The notes under the pieces were generated by a model. It saw only the letters and a program-made list of their open reading frames with translations. It was not told where the DNA came from and ran no database searches. Shown piece after piece: positions 1-8,823 of a DNA stretch of 64,000 bases. Both the position numbers and the translations under genes were made by a program. The DNA is from Oligoflexia bacterium (GTDB lineage Bacteria; Bdellovibrionota; UBA1018): assembly GCA_963758495.1 (NCBI GenBank), contig CAVWVI010000004.1, positions 224,001 through 288,000 of the forward strand, given 5' to 3'. The first letter of the stretch is position 1. Each line of letters begins with the position of its first letter.

Positions 1-945
1 TCTCACTCTTCACCTCATTCTTCAAAAGAAACGAGCTTGGACTCTAGTCAGTTATATCTTCAGATACTTCATGAAAATGCACTTAATGCCCATCCCCCAC
101 TCTTTTTAATCACTATGGATGCATTAAAACCTATTGCGGATCAAATGAACTATGCGCCCTCTCAAGTAGCTTTAGGCAGACTTTTACATTGGGAGAATCT
201 TGACACCGAAAACGCAGAAAAATACTATCAGAGAGCTGCTGATGAACATGGCTTTGCGCCAGGCATGTTTAGATTTGCTTATTTCTTGGCCATGAAAGGC
301 CAAGTGGTAAAGGCCGAAGAGTATCTTAAAAAAGCAGCTTCACTCAACCATCTTCGGTCTAAGACCGCACTTGCTGATATGTACATATTGGAAGGACGCT
401 TTAAAGAAGCTGAGGTTCTTTATCGAGAAGTTGCAAATCAACCTAATGACTCAGAAGATAGTGCTATCGAAGCTCAAATTAAATTAGGGATTTTTCTTGA
501 AAATTTAGGGCGCCTGAAAGGAGCTGAAAAATACCTCAGAAAAGCTGCAGATGAGAATCAACATAAAGGAGCCTATTATTTTCTTAAAGAATTTCTAACT
601 CTCCACGATCGTCCTGAGGAAGCTAAATTATATGAATCTGATTGGTGGGCAAACAATTGGGGAGAGGACTTAACAGTTCGACTCATTAAACCTGCTTTTT
701 TCAAGAATTTAAAAGCACATACCTCAACCTGGTGGTTTGCTAAACTTCGCTTAGCAATGATCTTTAAAAACTGGGGTAAAAATAAGGTCTCTGACCGGTA
801 TCTGAATAGAGCATATAATAGTAAAATTAGTCGTCCATTTCTGGAGGTTTTTTTGAAAAGACAAGAAAAGGAACAAGACATGCTACCTTCCTATAAATAT
901 AGTATAGATATTAATAAAACATTAAAATTAACTTCTAAGCTTTGA
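1..945 (+). CDS. TPR/Sel1-like repeat protein (5'-partial; frame open to window edge)
   Basis: Repeated helical units such as AEKYYQRAADE, AEEYLKKAASL, AEVLYREVA and AEKYLRKAADE. No stop in frame 1 upstream of 37. Ends ...KLTSKL. Confidence 0.7.
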   Translation, partial: SHSSPHSSKETSLDSSQLYLQILHENALNAHPPLFLITMDALKPIADQMNYAPSQVALGRLLHWENLDTENAEKYYQRAADEHGFAPGMFRFAYFLAMKGQVVKAEEYLKKAASLNHLRSKTALADMYILEGRFKEAEVLYREVANQPNDSEDSAIEAQIKLGIFLENLGRLKGAEKYLRKAADENQHKGAYYFLKEFLTLHDRPEEAKLYESDWWANNWGEDLTVRLIKPAFFKNLKAHTSTWWFAKLRLAMIFKNWGKNKVSDRYLNRAYNSKISRPFLEVFLKRQEKEQDMLPSYKYSIDINKTLKLTSKL

Positions 946-1027
946 ATAATGAAGGATCTATTTAGGGACGTAACAATTTTTTAAAATACTTGATAGCTTT
1001 GGACAAAGCTATCAGATTTAAAATCTT

Positions 1028-1741
1028 TTATTCTTTCATATCTAAATCGCCCAATTTCATTTTCTCCTGTAAAGCATCGACATGATCCTGTCTAATCTGT
1101 GGTTTTTCGCGTTTTGTAAGTGGAAATGTATAGCGACGACTCGTTATTTTTGGTTTAAAATCAAGATCACTGCCATCAGTCCGAGTAGCAGACTCGGAAA
1201 TTTCTTTGGGAGATTTACTTTTTTTGTTTTTAAGGTAATCAAAAGTAGGACCTTTAGCTGTGCCATATACTTTCTTATTTCGTTTTTTAATCTTCTTCAA
1301 AAATTCTGGTGGTGTTTCAGACAGTATCTCTGATTTTGTTTTATTGCGCATATTGGAAAAAACCTTCGCAGTTGTTTCTGTAAAAGGTTGTTTGCTCTCA
1401 CTTTTCGCTTCAAAGAGAGTACGATTACGTTTGATTTGGTTTGTGTATTTTCCTCTTAGTGGATGCACTACGAATGGATGATTAATCCTCCCGATCTCAC
1501 CTTTTTGAACTTCAGGAAAGGTTTGCGATTTTATAAGTGTTGTACCTCTTTTTTGTTTTTCAATTTTAGGTTTTGATTGAGACGGATTTATATGACCCAT
1601 GATAGTATTGAGTCTCTTAATTGAAGAGCTATTTGATCCATCTTCTATCTGGGAATTAGAATCTGTTCCTCCCATAGCCACGGGTGTTTGCAAAAAAGAA
1701 TAACTTAAAAATAAACAGACTAACCCTAGATGTATCTTCAT
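1028..1741 (-). CDS. Secreted basic protein with a polymorphic-toxin-like domain
   Basis: N-terminal hydrophobic signal peptide. Motif string PLRxxY...TP...RN..YG...GPTFDYL...KS..EI.ESA.R..G.DL. Confidence 0.5.
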   Translation of the reverse strand: MKIHLGLVCLFLSYSFLQTPVAMGGTDSNSQIEDGSNSSSIKRLNTIMGHINPSQSKPKIEKQKRGTTLIKSQTFPEVQKGEIGRINHPFVVHPLRGKYTNQIKRNRTLFEAKSESKQPFTETTAKVFSNMRNKTKSEILSETPPEFLKKIKKRNKKVYGTAKGPTFDYLKNKKSKSPKEISESATRTDGSDLDFKPKITSRRYTFPLTKREKPQIRQDHVDALQEKMKLGDLDMKE

Positions 1742-1906
1742 AAATAGCTTTCGACTACTTTATTATATTAGTTCAATAGAAATTACATTACCAACAAATA
1801 GAGACTACAACGAGAAAAGACCTTAGAATCAAAAACTTAGCCGAATTTCAGAAATACAATCGAATGTATAAATACCCTTTCTTGACAAATGATATTTATA
1901 TAGTAC

Positions 1907-2722
1907 ATGATTCGAATCATGTACTACCTTTGGTTGAGCTTTATCATCAGTCTAGCTTATGCAACTCCTAGAAATACAACTGAACTCAAACCTCCTCACC
2001 CAACCGATAATACATCGTCTACAACGACCGAACATTCGTTAAACGAAGCTCCTCTTGATCAAAAATATCGTCTTAGATTTTTGTCTGTTTGGCAAAAACA
2101 CTCAGCTCAGACTGTTCTAGAGGCCAATCAAACACTCTCTCATTTATTAACTCACTATTCAGAAAGTCATAGAAAATACCATAACATCACCCACATCACA
2201 GACTGCTTAGCTCAACTTGAGGAAGCTCAACATGACTTTCAAATACTTAGTCTTTCAGATATTGAGGAAATTGAAATCGCGATTTGGTTTCATGACGTCA
2301 TTTATGACCCTAAAGCTAAAGACAATGAAGAAAAGAGTGCCGAGCTTTTTTTAACTTTATCAGAAGGCATGCCTAGCAAACAACAGCAGCACATCAAAGA
2401 TATGATTCTCGCAACTCGAGATCACGTGGCACGAAACAAAGCTGAGGAACTGTTACTTGATCTTGATTTATCGATTCTAGGAAGAAACTCCGTTGAGTTT
2501 GACCAGTATGATCGCGCCATCCGTGTAGAATATGAGTGGGTTCCTGATGAACTTTATCGCCAAGGAAGAGCAAAAGTATTAAGCACCTTTTTGGAAAGAG
2601 AGAAAATTTTCAAAACTCGATATTTTCACGATAAATACGAGGAAACCGCCCGCAAGAATATCACAAGAGCAATTCAGCGACTTAAAACTGCTTCGAAAGA
2701 CGAGCTGCGCTCGCGATATTAA
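1907..2722 (+). CDS. HD-superfamily metal-dependent phosphohydrolase (COG4339-like) with N-terminal signal peptide
   Basis: YSESHRKYHNITHI, AIWFHDVIYDPKAKDNEEKSA, LLDLDLSILG, IRVEY and R..VL..FL motifs. Confidence 0.85.
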   Translation: MIRIMYYLWLSFIISLAYATPRNTTELKPPHPTDNTSSTTTEHSLNEAPLDQKYRLRFLSVWQKHSAQTVLEANQTLSHLLTHYSESHRKYHNITHITDCLAQLEEAQHDFQILSLSDIEEIEIAIWFHDVIYDPKAKDNEEKSAELFLTLSEGMPSKQQQHIKDMILATRDHVARNKAEELLLDLDLSILGRNSVEFDQYDRAIRVEYEWVPDELYRQGRAKVLSTFLEREKIFKTRYFHDKYEETARKNITRAIQRLKTASKDELRSRY

Positions 2723-2968
2723 TATCTCAGGAACTCTAATCCGCTGATCAGATGGTGAAGCTCCTAGCTGCACTTGATTGCTCAGTTGAAATCAAATTCA
2801 CCGGGCTGGGCTCCTTAAGCAAGCGAACCGTCATGACGCAACCACTTCGATTTACAATCAGGAGTGTTTGACTTTTTTAGGTTACTTAGGTAACTTGATG
2901 CGTCATATACTTATACCCTCGCCGCATTAAAGATTTCGAGACAATCATTGTTTAAGGATTTAGTTTTT

Positions 2969-4537
2969 ATGAAAATAGTGAGTTTGATTGCTGCCGTGGC
3001 AGCTCTATTCTGGGTTGGGGGAGAAACTTTTGCTGGAGACGGCCTAGATAGCCTAAAATCCGATATTCAAAAGCGCAAAGAAGCCTTGGAAAGACGAAAA
3101 GCTACGATTGAGAAGCAGATCCAAGAATTAGACAAATGTGAGACCCTGACTCGAATACCTGAAATTTTGGAGGGATTTTGCACGCACAACTGCCCTGAAA
3201 ATTTGACTCAGACCTCGAATTATCTTTCTGAATTCACCTCACAATTTGCCGGACCCCAGCTCTATAAACGAACTCCAAAAACCGTAAATGAAGAGAAAAA
3301 CGAAGCTCAGAATTGCAGCATTTGCAAGGACACTATCGCACAGGATGAGAACTCCTTTCCTCTGGGATGTGGTCACTGTTATCATTTAGAGTGCATTCAA
3401 CCCAGCCTCCAATCCTACCTCAAGCAGGAACAATCTGATAAACTCATTTCTTGTAAAGAAAAAGGCTGTTCCTATAAAATTTTGCCGACAGAGTTGGCTC
3501 AGTTAACTACTGATTCCGATCAGGCTTTGGCCATTCAGAGAATGTTCGTACGATCGGTGAACGTTTTGAAATTCTGTCCCAATTGTGGAGAAGGAATTGC
3601 AAAACATAATGGACTTCTTGAATTTGGATACTATTGCCAGACGTGTGATCGTGATCTCTGTTTTTCTTGCGGTAGGCCGCCTCATCACGACGTCACTTGT
3701 GATGAACTGAATACAGATGAGGGCGTTAAGAAAGCCTTTATTCGCGAAATCTTAAAAACGGGTCGGGCTGAGTCTTATGGTCTGTGCCCAAATTGTAGCG
3801 CGCTCATTGAAAAAAGAGATGGTTGTGATTTTATGACTTGCGGACAAAACGCATCTGACAAGACGCAGATTCCAGGATCAATTCAGGGTAGAGGATGTGG
3901 GCACAAATTTGACTGGAATAGGAGAATGAGTCTCAAAAGCGTTGCTTCCGGAGGACAACCGCCGGCTTCTGGAAACGTTGCAAGTACTCCATCCCAGAGA
4001 ATTGAGGTTCCAGTTCAGACTCCTGCTCCTACTGCATTGTTCAGACTAGTGGCTCAGCTCCGGCAGCAGCGACAAGAGGAGCAGCGCCAGCGAGCACTAG
4101 AGGTAGAGGCACAACGCCAGCGGGCAGGAATTATTCGCGTCGAAGCGGACGATCCGAGAGTGAGAGATTTTCCAGAGTTTGTAGCACTGGGAGAGATGTT
4201 CCAGGTTGGAAATCTGATTTTGAGTGGCAGGGCTCCCCAAGAAATGAATTATAAAAAGGCAAAGGCGTTTTGTAGGAAGCTAGATGGCCCTCGGAATTTT
4301 CTTCGTATACGACAACCCGGAGGAGCAAGGACTCCAACAGCGGCGGAATGGCCCACCATTGCCGCCATTATGCAGGTAGAACGCTATAATGGAGTGCGTC
4401 GCAGCTATTGGTCGTCGTCGTCGCTTAACCAAGAAGAACCTGGCTACGCTACAATCTACTATACGGACGGTTACACCACGGGCAGCCGCATCGACCGAAA
4501 CTACTCAGTCCGCTGTGTGCGTTCAGCAGCGCAGTAA
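2969..4537 (+). CDS. Secreted RING-between-RING (RBR) E3 ubiquitin ligase-like protein with C-terminal DUF1566/CLec-like domain
   Basis: Signal peptide and coiled coil, then RING1 (CSIC..CGHCYHLEC..CKEKGC), IBR (CPNC..CQTC..CFSC..HHDVTC) and RING2 (CPNC..IEKRDGCDFMTC..GCGHKFDW). C-terminus A.AFC..L..GARTPT..EW..YWSSS..SVRCVR. ATG at 2969 with AAGGA upstream (ORF open from 2948). Confidence 0.8.
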   Translation: MKIVSLIAAVAALFWVGGETFAGDGLDSLKSDIQKRKEALERRKATIEKQIQELDKCETLTRIPEILEGFCTHNCPENLTQTSNYLSEFTSQFAGPQLYKRTPKTVNEEKNEAQNCSICKDTIAQDENSFPLGCGHCYHLECIQPSLQSYLKQEQSDKLISCKEKGCSYKILPTELAQLTTDSDQALAIQRMFVRSVNVLKFCPNCGEGIAKHNGLLEFGYYCQTCDRDLCFSCGRPPHHDVTCDELNTDEGVKKAFIREILKTGRAESYGLCPNCSALIEKRDGCDFMTCGQNASDKTQIPGSIQGRGCGHKFDWNRRMSLKSVASGGQPPASGNVASTPSQRIEVPVQTPAPTALFRLVAQLRQQRQEEQRQRALEVEAQRQRAGIIRVEADDPRVRDFPEFVALGEMFQVGNLILSGRAPQEMNYKKAKAFCRKLDGPRNFLRIRQPGGARTPTAAEWPTIAAIMQVERYNGVRRSYWSSSSLNQEEPGYATIYYTDGYTTGSRIDRNYSVRCVRSAAQ

Positions 4538-6016
4538 ATTCAGATCACTAGATGACACGCCAGATGACAAACGAATCTGCGTCCAAAAATTAATTGGAAC
4601 GGCTGAAAAACGAAATTCCTCTTTCCAACGTCGTCCATTTCCGGGTTTAAGGACTTCGAAATTTCGACAAAACATCGCAAGAACACTTTTCATTTCCATC
4701 ATGGCAAGCGTTCTTCCTGGACACACTCTCGCTCCCCCGCCAAAGGGGATAAATGCTTTGACGTCATGATTCCATGAAGGGTCCCGTTCCTCTTCGATCC
4801 AGCGTTCGGGTCGAAACTCATTGGGATGGCTAAAGTATTTCTCCTGAGTGGCAGGATAGCTGAGCATGGCATTAAGAATCGCACCCTGAGGAAACTTCAA
4901 ATTTCCTAAAGTGAGTTCATGGCAGGCCTCCAAAAACAAGAAGGGCGCCACTGGTTTTAGTCTCATCGCTTCCAAAATCACCGCTTCAATATAGTTTAAA
5001 CAATCCAATTGCTCATAATGGAGCAAGAGTTCTGACTCTCCCAATACTTGGAGCGCTTCCTGTTTCATTCTTTTCTGGACTTCAGGATGCTCGATCATAA
5101 AGGTCAGTGCCCATGCTAATGATGTGGCCGTAGTGTCTTCCCCAGCTATCAGAAGCGTAAACACATTTGCCAGGATCTCTTCCATAGTAAAACCGGTACT
5201 ATCCGCATCTTTAGAAGTGAGTAGAGACTCCACCATGTTCTTGGGTTTGTACCTAGTTTCTTGCGAGGAGGTTGCTAGTGATTGCCGACTTGAATTAATG
5301 ATTCTCCCCATCTCTTGCCGAACTTGTCTGAGAGCTTGATCCAAAGCTCGATCTTTCGGCAATTTGATATACCGCCAATAAGGAAAGAGCGCGAGAACCC
5401 GACGACCCACAGCAGGAAACATATGCTCCAAATGATTTTGAATGACGTCCTCACCTTTTTCGAGAGTATTCATATCGTAATCAAATGCGATTCGTGTGGT
5501 GACATCCACCGTGAAGCGGGTCAGATCTTTACAAATTTCGAAATCAAGACCTTTCCGTGCAGCAATCTCCCAACGAGTCTTCAATCGTCGGGTAATTTCA
5601 CAAAGAGTTCCAAAGAACTCTTTCAAATGACCTTGATGAAAAGCAGGCATGATCAGCCTTCGCTGTCTCCTCCAATTTTCTCCCTCTGCTGAGAAGACCC
5701 CATGCACTCCTAATTCCTTAAATATAACTTCGATCCTTTTTGTCCTTCTAAAATCATGAGGCCTTCTTTTCAACATTTCGTGAATCAGCGTCAAATCTGA
5801 AATCACATAGAGGACTGTGGGCCCCATTTTATAGGAATAAATAGAACCATAACGATCACACCAACTTCGTATTTGGTGGTGAAACCGCTTGGAATTGAGG
5901 TTAAAGAAATTCCCCACCCAAGGTAGGCCTTTTAAACAAGGCACTTCACCTAACACATCTCTTTGAGTTCCTGTTTTCTCGGTTTCCATTTTCGAATCCC
6001 CCCAGTGAGATGTCAC
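4523..6016 (-). CDS. Cytochrome P450
   Basis: I-helix AGEDTTA, EAMR (ExxR), FRPERW and heme motif PFGGGARVCPG. Confidence 0.95.
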   Translation of the reverse strand: MTSHWGDSKMETEKTGTQRDVLGEVPCLKGLPWVGNFFNLNSKRFHHQIRSWCDRYGSIYSYKMGPTVLYVISDLTLIHEMLKRRPHDFRRTKRIEVIFKELGVHGVFSAEGENWRRQRRLIMPAFHQGHLKEFFGTLCEITRRLKTRWEIAARKGLDFEICKDLTRFTVDVTTRIAFDYDMNTLEKGEDVIQNHLEHMFPAVGRRVLALFPYWRYIKLPKDRALDQALRQVRQEMGRIINSSRQSLATSSQETRYKPKNMVESLLTSKDADSTGFTMEEILANVFTLLIAGEDTTATSLAWALTFMIEHPEVQKRMKQEALQVLGESELLLHYEQLDCLNYIEAVILEAMRLKPVAPFLFLEACHELTLGNLKFPQGAILNAMLSYPATQEKYFSHPNEFRPERWIEEERDPSWNHDVKAFIPFGGGARVCPGRTLAMMEMKSVLAMFCRNFEVLKPGNGRRWKEEFRFSAVPINFWTQIRLSSGVSSSDLNLLRC

Positions 6017-6855
6017 AATTCCAATTTGCTGTGATCGGGGTAAACGACTTCAAAAGTAAATGTCAGTCGTACAGGAGATGTCATGAGCTTGAGTTCCTCC
6101 TGATTTCCCCTCAATACCACCTCTAAAAGGTTACCGGTTGAGTGGCCATCCCAAAAGGTCTCAAATCTAACTTCTCCTTCTTTGAGGAGGCTGACCTCTG
6201 CCCCCTGAGAGAGCGCCTTTTCAACAAGCTCCAAGTAAAGCGAATTGAGCCTTTTGAGGCTAAGAAAGAGCATGCTTTTCAAGTACTCTTCTTTACCCTC
6301 TTGAGTCAGATAGACTTGAAATTCTTTTCCTGATTCAAAAACCTCCCAAGGTGTGAGTGGTTTTGGAATAAAAAAAGGTGAAAATTTTGAGGGGGCGGTG
6401 CCTTGGTAGGGATAAACTTGATTTTCTCCATGAGATTTTTTAACTTCCGGCGCAGACCAACGAAGCATTGAAGGAGTGTGATTTTTTCTAGGTGTGACGG
6501 TGGGGTTAAAAAAAATCACCTGGACTTGGTTATTATCTTTAAGTAAATCAATTTGCTCAAACCTATCCAGACTATTTTCAGACAGAGTCTGACTGAGCTG
6601 TTGAAAGATCTTACTTTTATTATAGGCAACACTCACTGTGGTCTCTACTTTGCTTGGCCCGTCAAGGAGATGATATGAATGAACCGAGGAAGTATTTGTG
6701 CCAGGATCTAATCTATAAATCGCAGGAATTTTTGTGATCACCTGCCGAATTTCGTAAGTAATCATTTTTTCAAAAGAATAAGCATCTCTCCAACAGCATA
6801 AGACTAAACCGACGAATAGGTAAGATCTCACTTTTGACGTCCCACACATTTTCAT
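6013..6855 (-). CDS. Hypothetical exported protein
   Basis: 280-aa ORF with hydrophobic N-terminus. 4-bp overlap with the P450 start. Confidence 0.6.
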   Translation of the reverse strand: MKMCGTSKVRSYLFVGLVLCCWRDAYSFEKMITYEIRQVITKIPAIYRLDPGTNTSSVHSYHLLDGPSKVETTVSVAYNKSKIFQQLSQTLSENSLDRFEQIDLLKDNNQVQVIFFNPTVTPRKNHTPSMLRWSAPEVKKSHGENQVYPYQGTAPSKFSPFFIPKPLTPWEVFESGKEFQVYLTQEGKEEYLKSMLFLSLKRLNSLYLELVEKALSQGAEVSLLKEGEVRFETFWDGHSTGNLLEVVLRGNQEELKLMTSPVRLTFTFEVVYPDHSKLEL

Positions 6856-6912
6856 AAAAAGGAGCTACACTATCGGCTCGTGGTGTGCAAATAAATTTGC
6901 TAAACGCCAGAA

Positions 6913-7962
6913 CTACTCGATTGGATATTCCGAAAGAATTTGCTTTAATGTCCTTTTTAAAGCGGAACCAACAGGTACTTCCGGAGCTTTTATCGAAACC
7001 CATTTCAACTCGTCTAATTCTGATTCTGCCGCTGAAAGCAATTCAGATTTTTTAGAATGAGAGATCCGCCAAACTTGGGTCAGTCGTTGAATTTTATGTC
7101 TCGTCACCACATGGCGTGTTTCCACTTGACCCACTGACTTGAGTTTAAACGAAGGCTCTTGATCCAATAAATCCCATAGTCCAGCGCGCCACTCCCCTTT
7201 TTTTCTCAAGCGCAAAAGGGTCAATCCTGAATCATTCACCACACAATGGAGCTTTTCCTGAACTTGAATCCATTTCTTAGGTTTTTTCTTGGGAGGATAG
7301 GACTCTTGTTCGCCAGATGCAAAGGCTTGGCAAAGTTTTGAGAGAGGACAAATTCCGCATTGCGGTGACCGAGGAGAACAAATTGTAGCACCTAATTCCA
7401 TCAAGGATTGATTCAAATTACTGGGCTGAATTCCATGACGATCAGCTGTCTTGACAAAAATTTCAGATATCTTCCATAGACGAGTTTTAAAAAAACCGTC
7501 ACCCTTTTGACGAGAAACGCGCCTCACCCGTGAAAGCACCCGCTCGATATTTCCATCCAAAATAGGCTCAGCCTGATTCGCCGCAATTGAAAGAATAGCC
7601 CCAGCCGTATAATTTCCTACGCCGGGAATTTCAAGCCACTCGTCTCGGCTGACAGGAAACCTTCCATTCTGAGCCACCTTTTTAGCCCCTCGATGTAAAT
7701 TCCGGGCGCGCGAATAATATCCTAACCCTGACCACAGCAGTAAAACATCTTCTTCAGATGCTTGAGCTAAATCTTCTACTGTTGGAAAGCGCTCCAGAAA
7801 TCTTTCAAAGTAAGGAATCACTGTAATTACTTGGGTTTGCTGCAACATGATTTCCGAAACCCACACACGATACAAGGTTGGGCGATCCCGCCACGGTAAA
7901 ATTCGCTTTTTCGATTGGAACCAGGTGTCTAATTGCATTAAAGACATCAAAAACTTGCCCAT
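6913..7962 (-). CDS. mutY: A/G-specific adenine DNA glycosylase MutY
   Basis: LPWR..YRVWVSEIMLQQT, W.GLGYYSRARNL, HhH IPGVGNYTA and Fe-S motif C-x6-C-x2-C-x5-C. Start uncertain (ORF open to 7998). Confidence 0.95.
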   Translation of the reverse strand: MGKFLMSLMQLDTWFQSKKRILPWRDRPTLYRVWVSEIMLQQTQVITVIPYFERFLERFPTVEDLAQASEEDVLLLWSGLGYYSRARNLHRGAKKVAQNGRFPVSRDEWLEIPGVGNYTAGAILSIAANQAEPILDGNIERVLSRVRRVSRQKGDGFFKTRLWKISEIFVKTADRHGIQPSNLNQSLMELGATICSPRSPQCGICPLSKLCQAFASGEQESYPPKKKPKKWIQVQEKLHCVVNDSGLTLLRLRKKGEWRAGLWDLLDQEPSFKLKSVGQVETRHVVTRHKIQRLTQVWRISHSKKSELLSAAESELDELKWVSIKAPEVPVGSALKRTLKQILSEYPIE

Positions 7963-8004
7963 AAAGCATCCATCCCATAAGCTTAAAAGAAAGGGCAAGC
8001 AAGA

Positions 8005-8823
8005 TTGTTGAAAACTTCCTATTGTTTCCTGATCACAGCATTTTTTCTTTTACAGGGCCCCCTTACGGAAGCTCACATCTTTCGTGTAGTTATTGATCCT
8101 GGCCATGGAGGCCCCGACGAAGGGACCGTCTACCGTCAGGGTCGATTTAAAATTGCTGAAAAAACAGTCACATTAAACCTAGCGCTTCAAGTAGCCTATC
8201 AACTGCGCGCTAAAGGAATCTTAGCCACCCTGACCAGAAATGAGGACCAAGAACTCTCCCTCCCTGCTCGCACCGCTCTTGCTAACCGACTGGGGGCAGA
8301 TGTATTTATTTCCATTCATATGAACTCGACTGGAGATGGCACCTCTCGTGATGCCGAAGGAATTGAAACCTATATTTTAAATCATGCCACGGATGCCTCT
8401 TCTCGAAGACTCGCGCATCTGGAAAATAGTGTCATCACATCCCATCTCCCAAATTCTCCCGCGCAGTTCGATGTCGCTCTCATTCTTAAGGATCTTCGCT
8501 TGGATGGAAATCTAGCGGAGAGCAAACGACTAGCTTGTAACGTTCAAAACAAACTAGTCTTATCCACTTCAAAAGTCCTACCAGGAGCGCATCGAAATCG
8601 CGGTATTAAACAAGCACTCTTTCATGTTTTGCTCGGTGCAGATATGCCGAGTATTCTTGTGGAAGCAGGTTTTCTCAGTAGTCCCCATGATCGGTCTTTA
8701 GTTCTCTCTCGACTCGGCCAAATCAACATCAGTCATGCAATTGCGGATGCGATTGCTCGATATAAGTATACTCGAGGTTCAACACAAGATCTTCGAATGT
8801 TGAATCGTTGTAAAATAAATTAA
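8005..8823 (+). CDS. N-acetylmuramoyl-L-alanine amidase (Amidase_3)
   Basis: VVIDPGHGG, EK..TL, FISIHMNS and MPSILVEAGF motifs, with a signal peptide. Confidence 0.92.
   Translation: MLKTSYCFLITAFFLLQGPLTEAHIFRVVIDPGHGGPDEGTVYRQGRFKIAEKTVTLNLALQVAYQLRAKGILATLTRNEDQELSLPARTALANRLGADVFISIHMNSTGDGTSRDAEGIETYILNHATDASSRRLAHLENSVITSHLPNSPAQFDVALILKDLRLDGNLAESKRLACNVQNKLVLSTSKVLPGAHRNRGIKQALFHVLLGADMPSILVEAGFLSSPHDRSLVLSRLGQINISHAIADAIARYKYTRGSTQDLRMLNRCKIN

Noticed and set aside
2723..2947. Possible ncRNA (6S RNA, riboswitch or DGR template repeat) upstream of the RBR gene
   Set aside because: Read on both strands. Only short scattered pairings, no recognisable family consensus and no similarity to the putative variable region. 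An Rfam search would settle it.
4523..6016. P450 as BioI for the biotin operon
   Set aside because: It is about 45 kb from the bio genes and longer than BioI-type P450s. Nothing links them.
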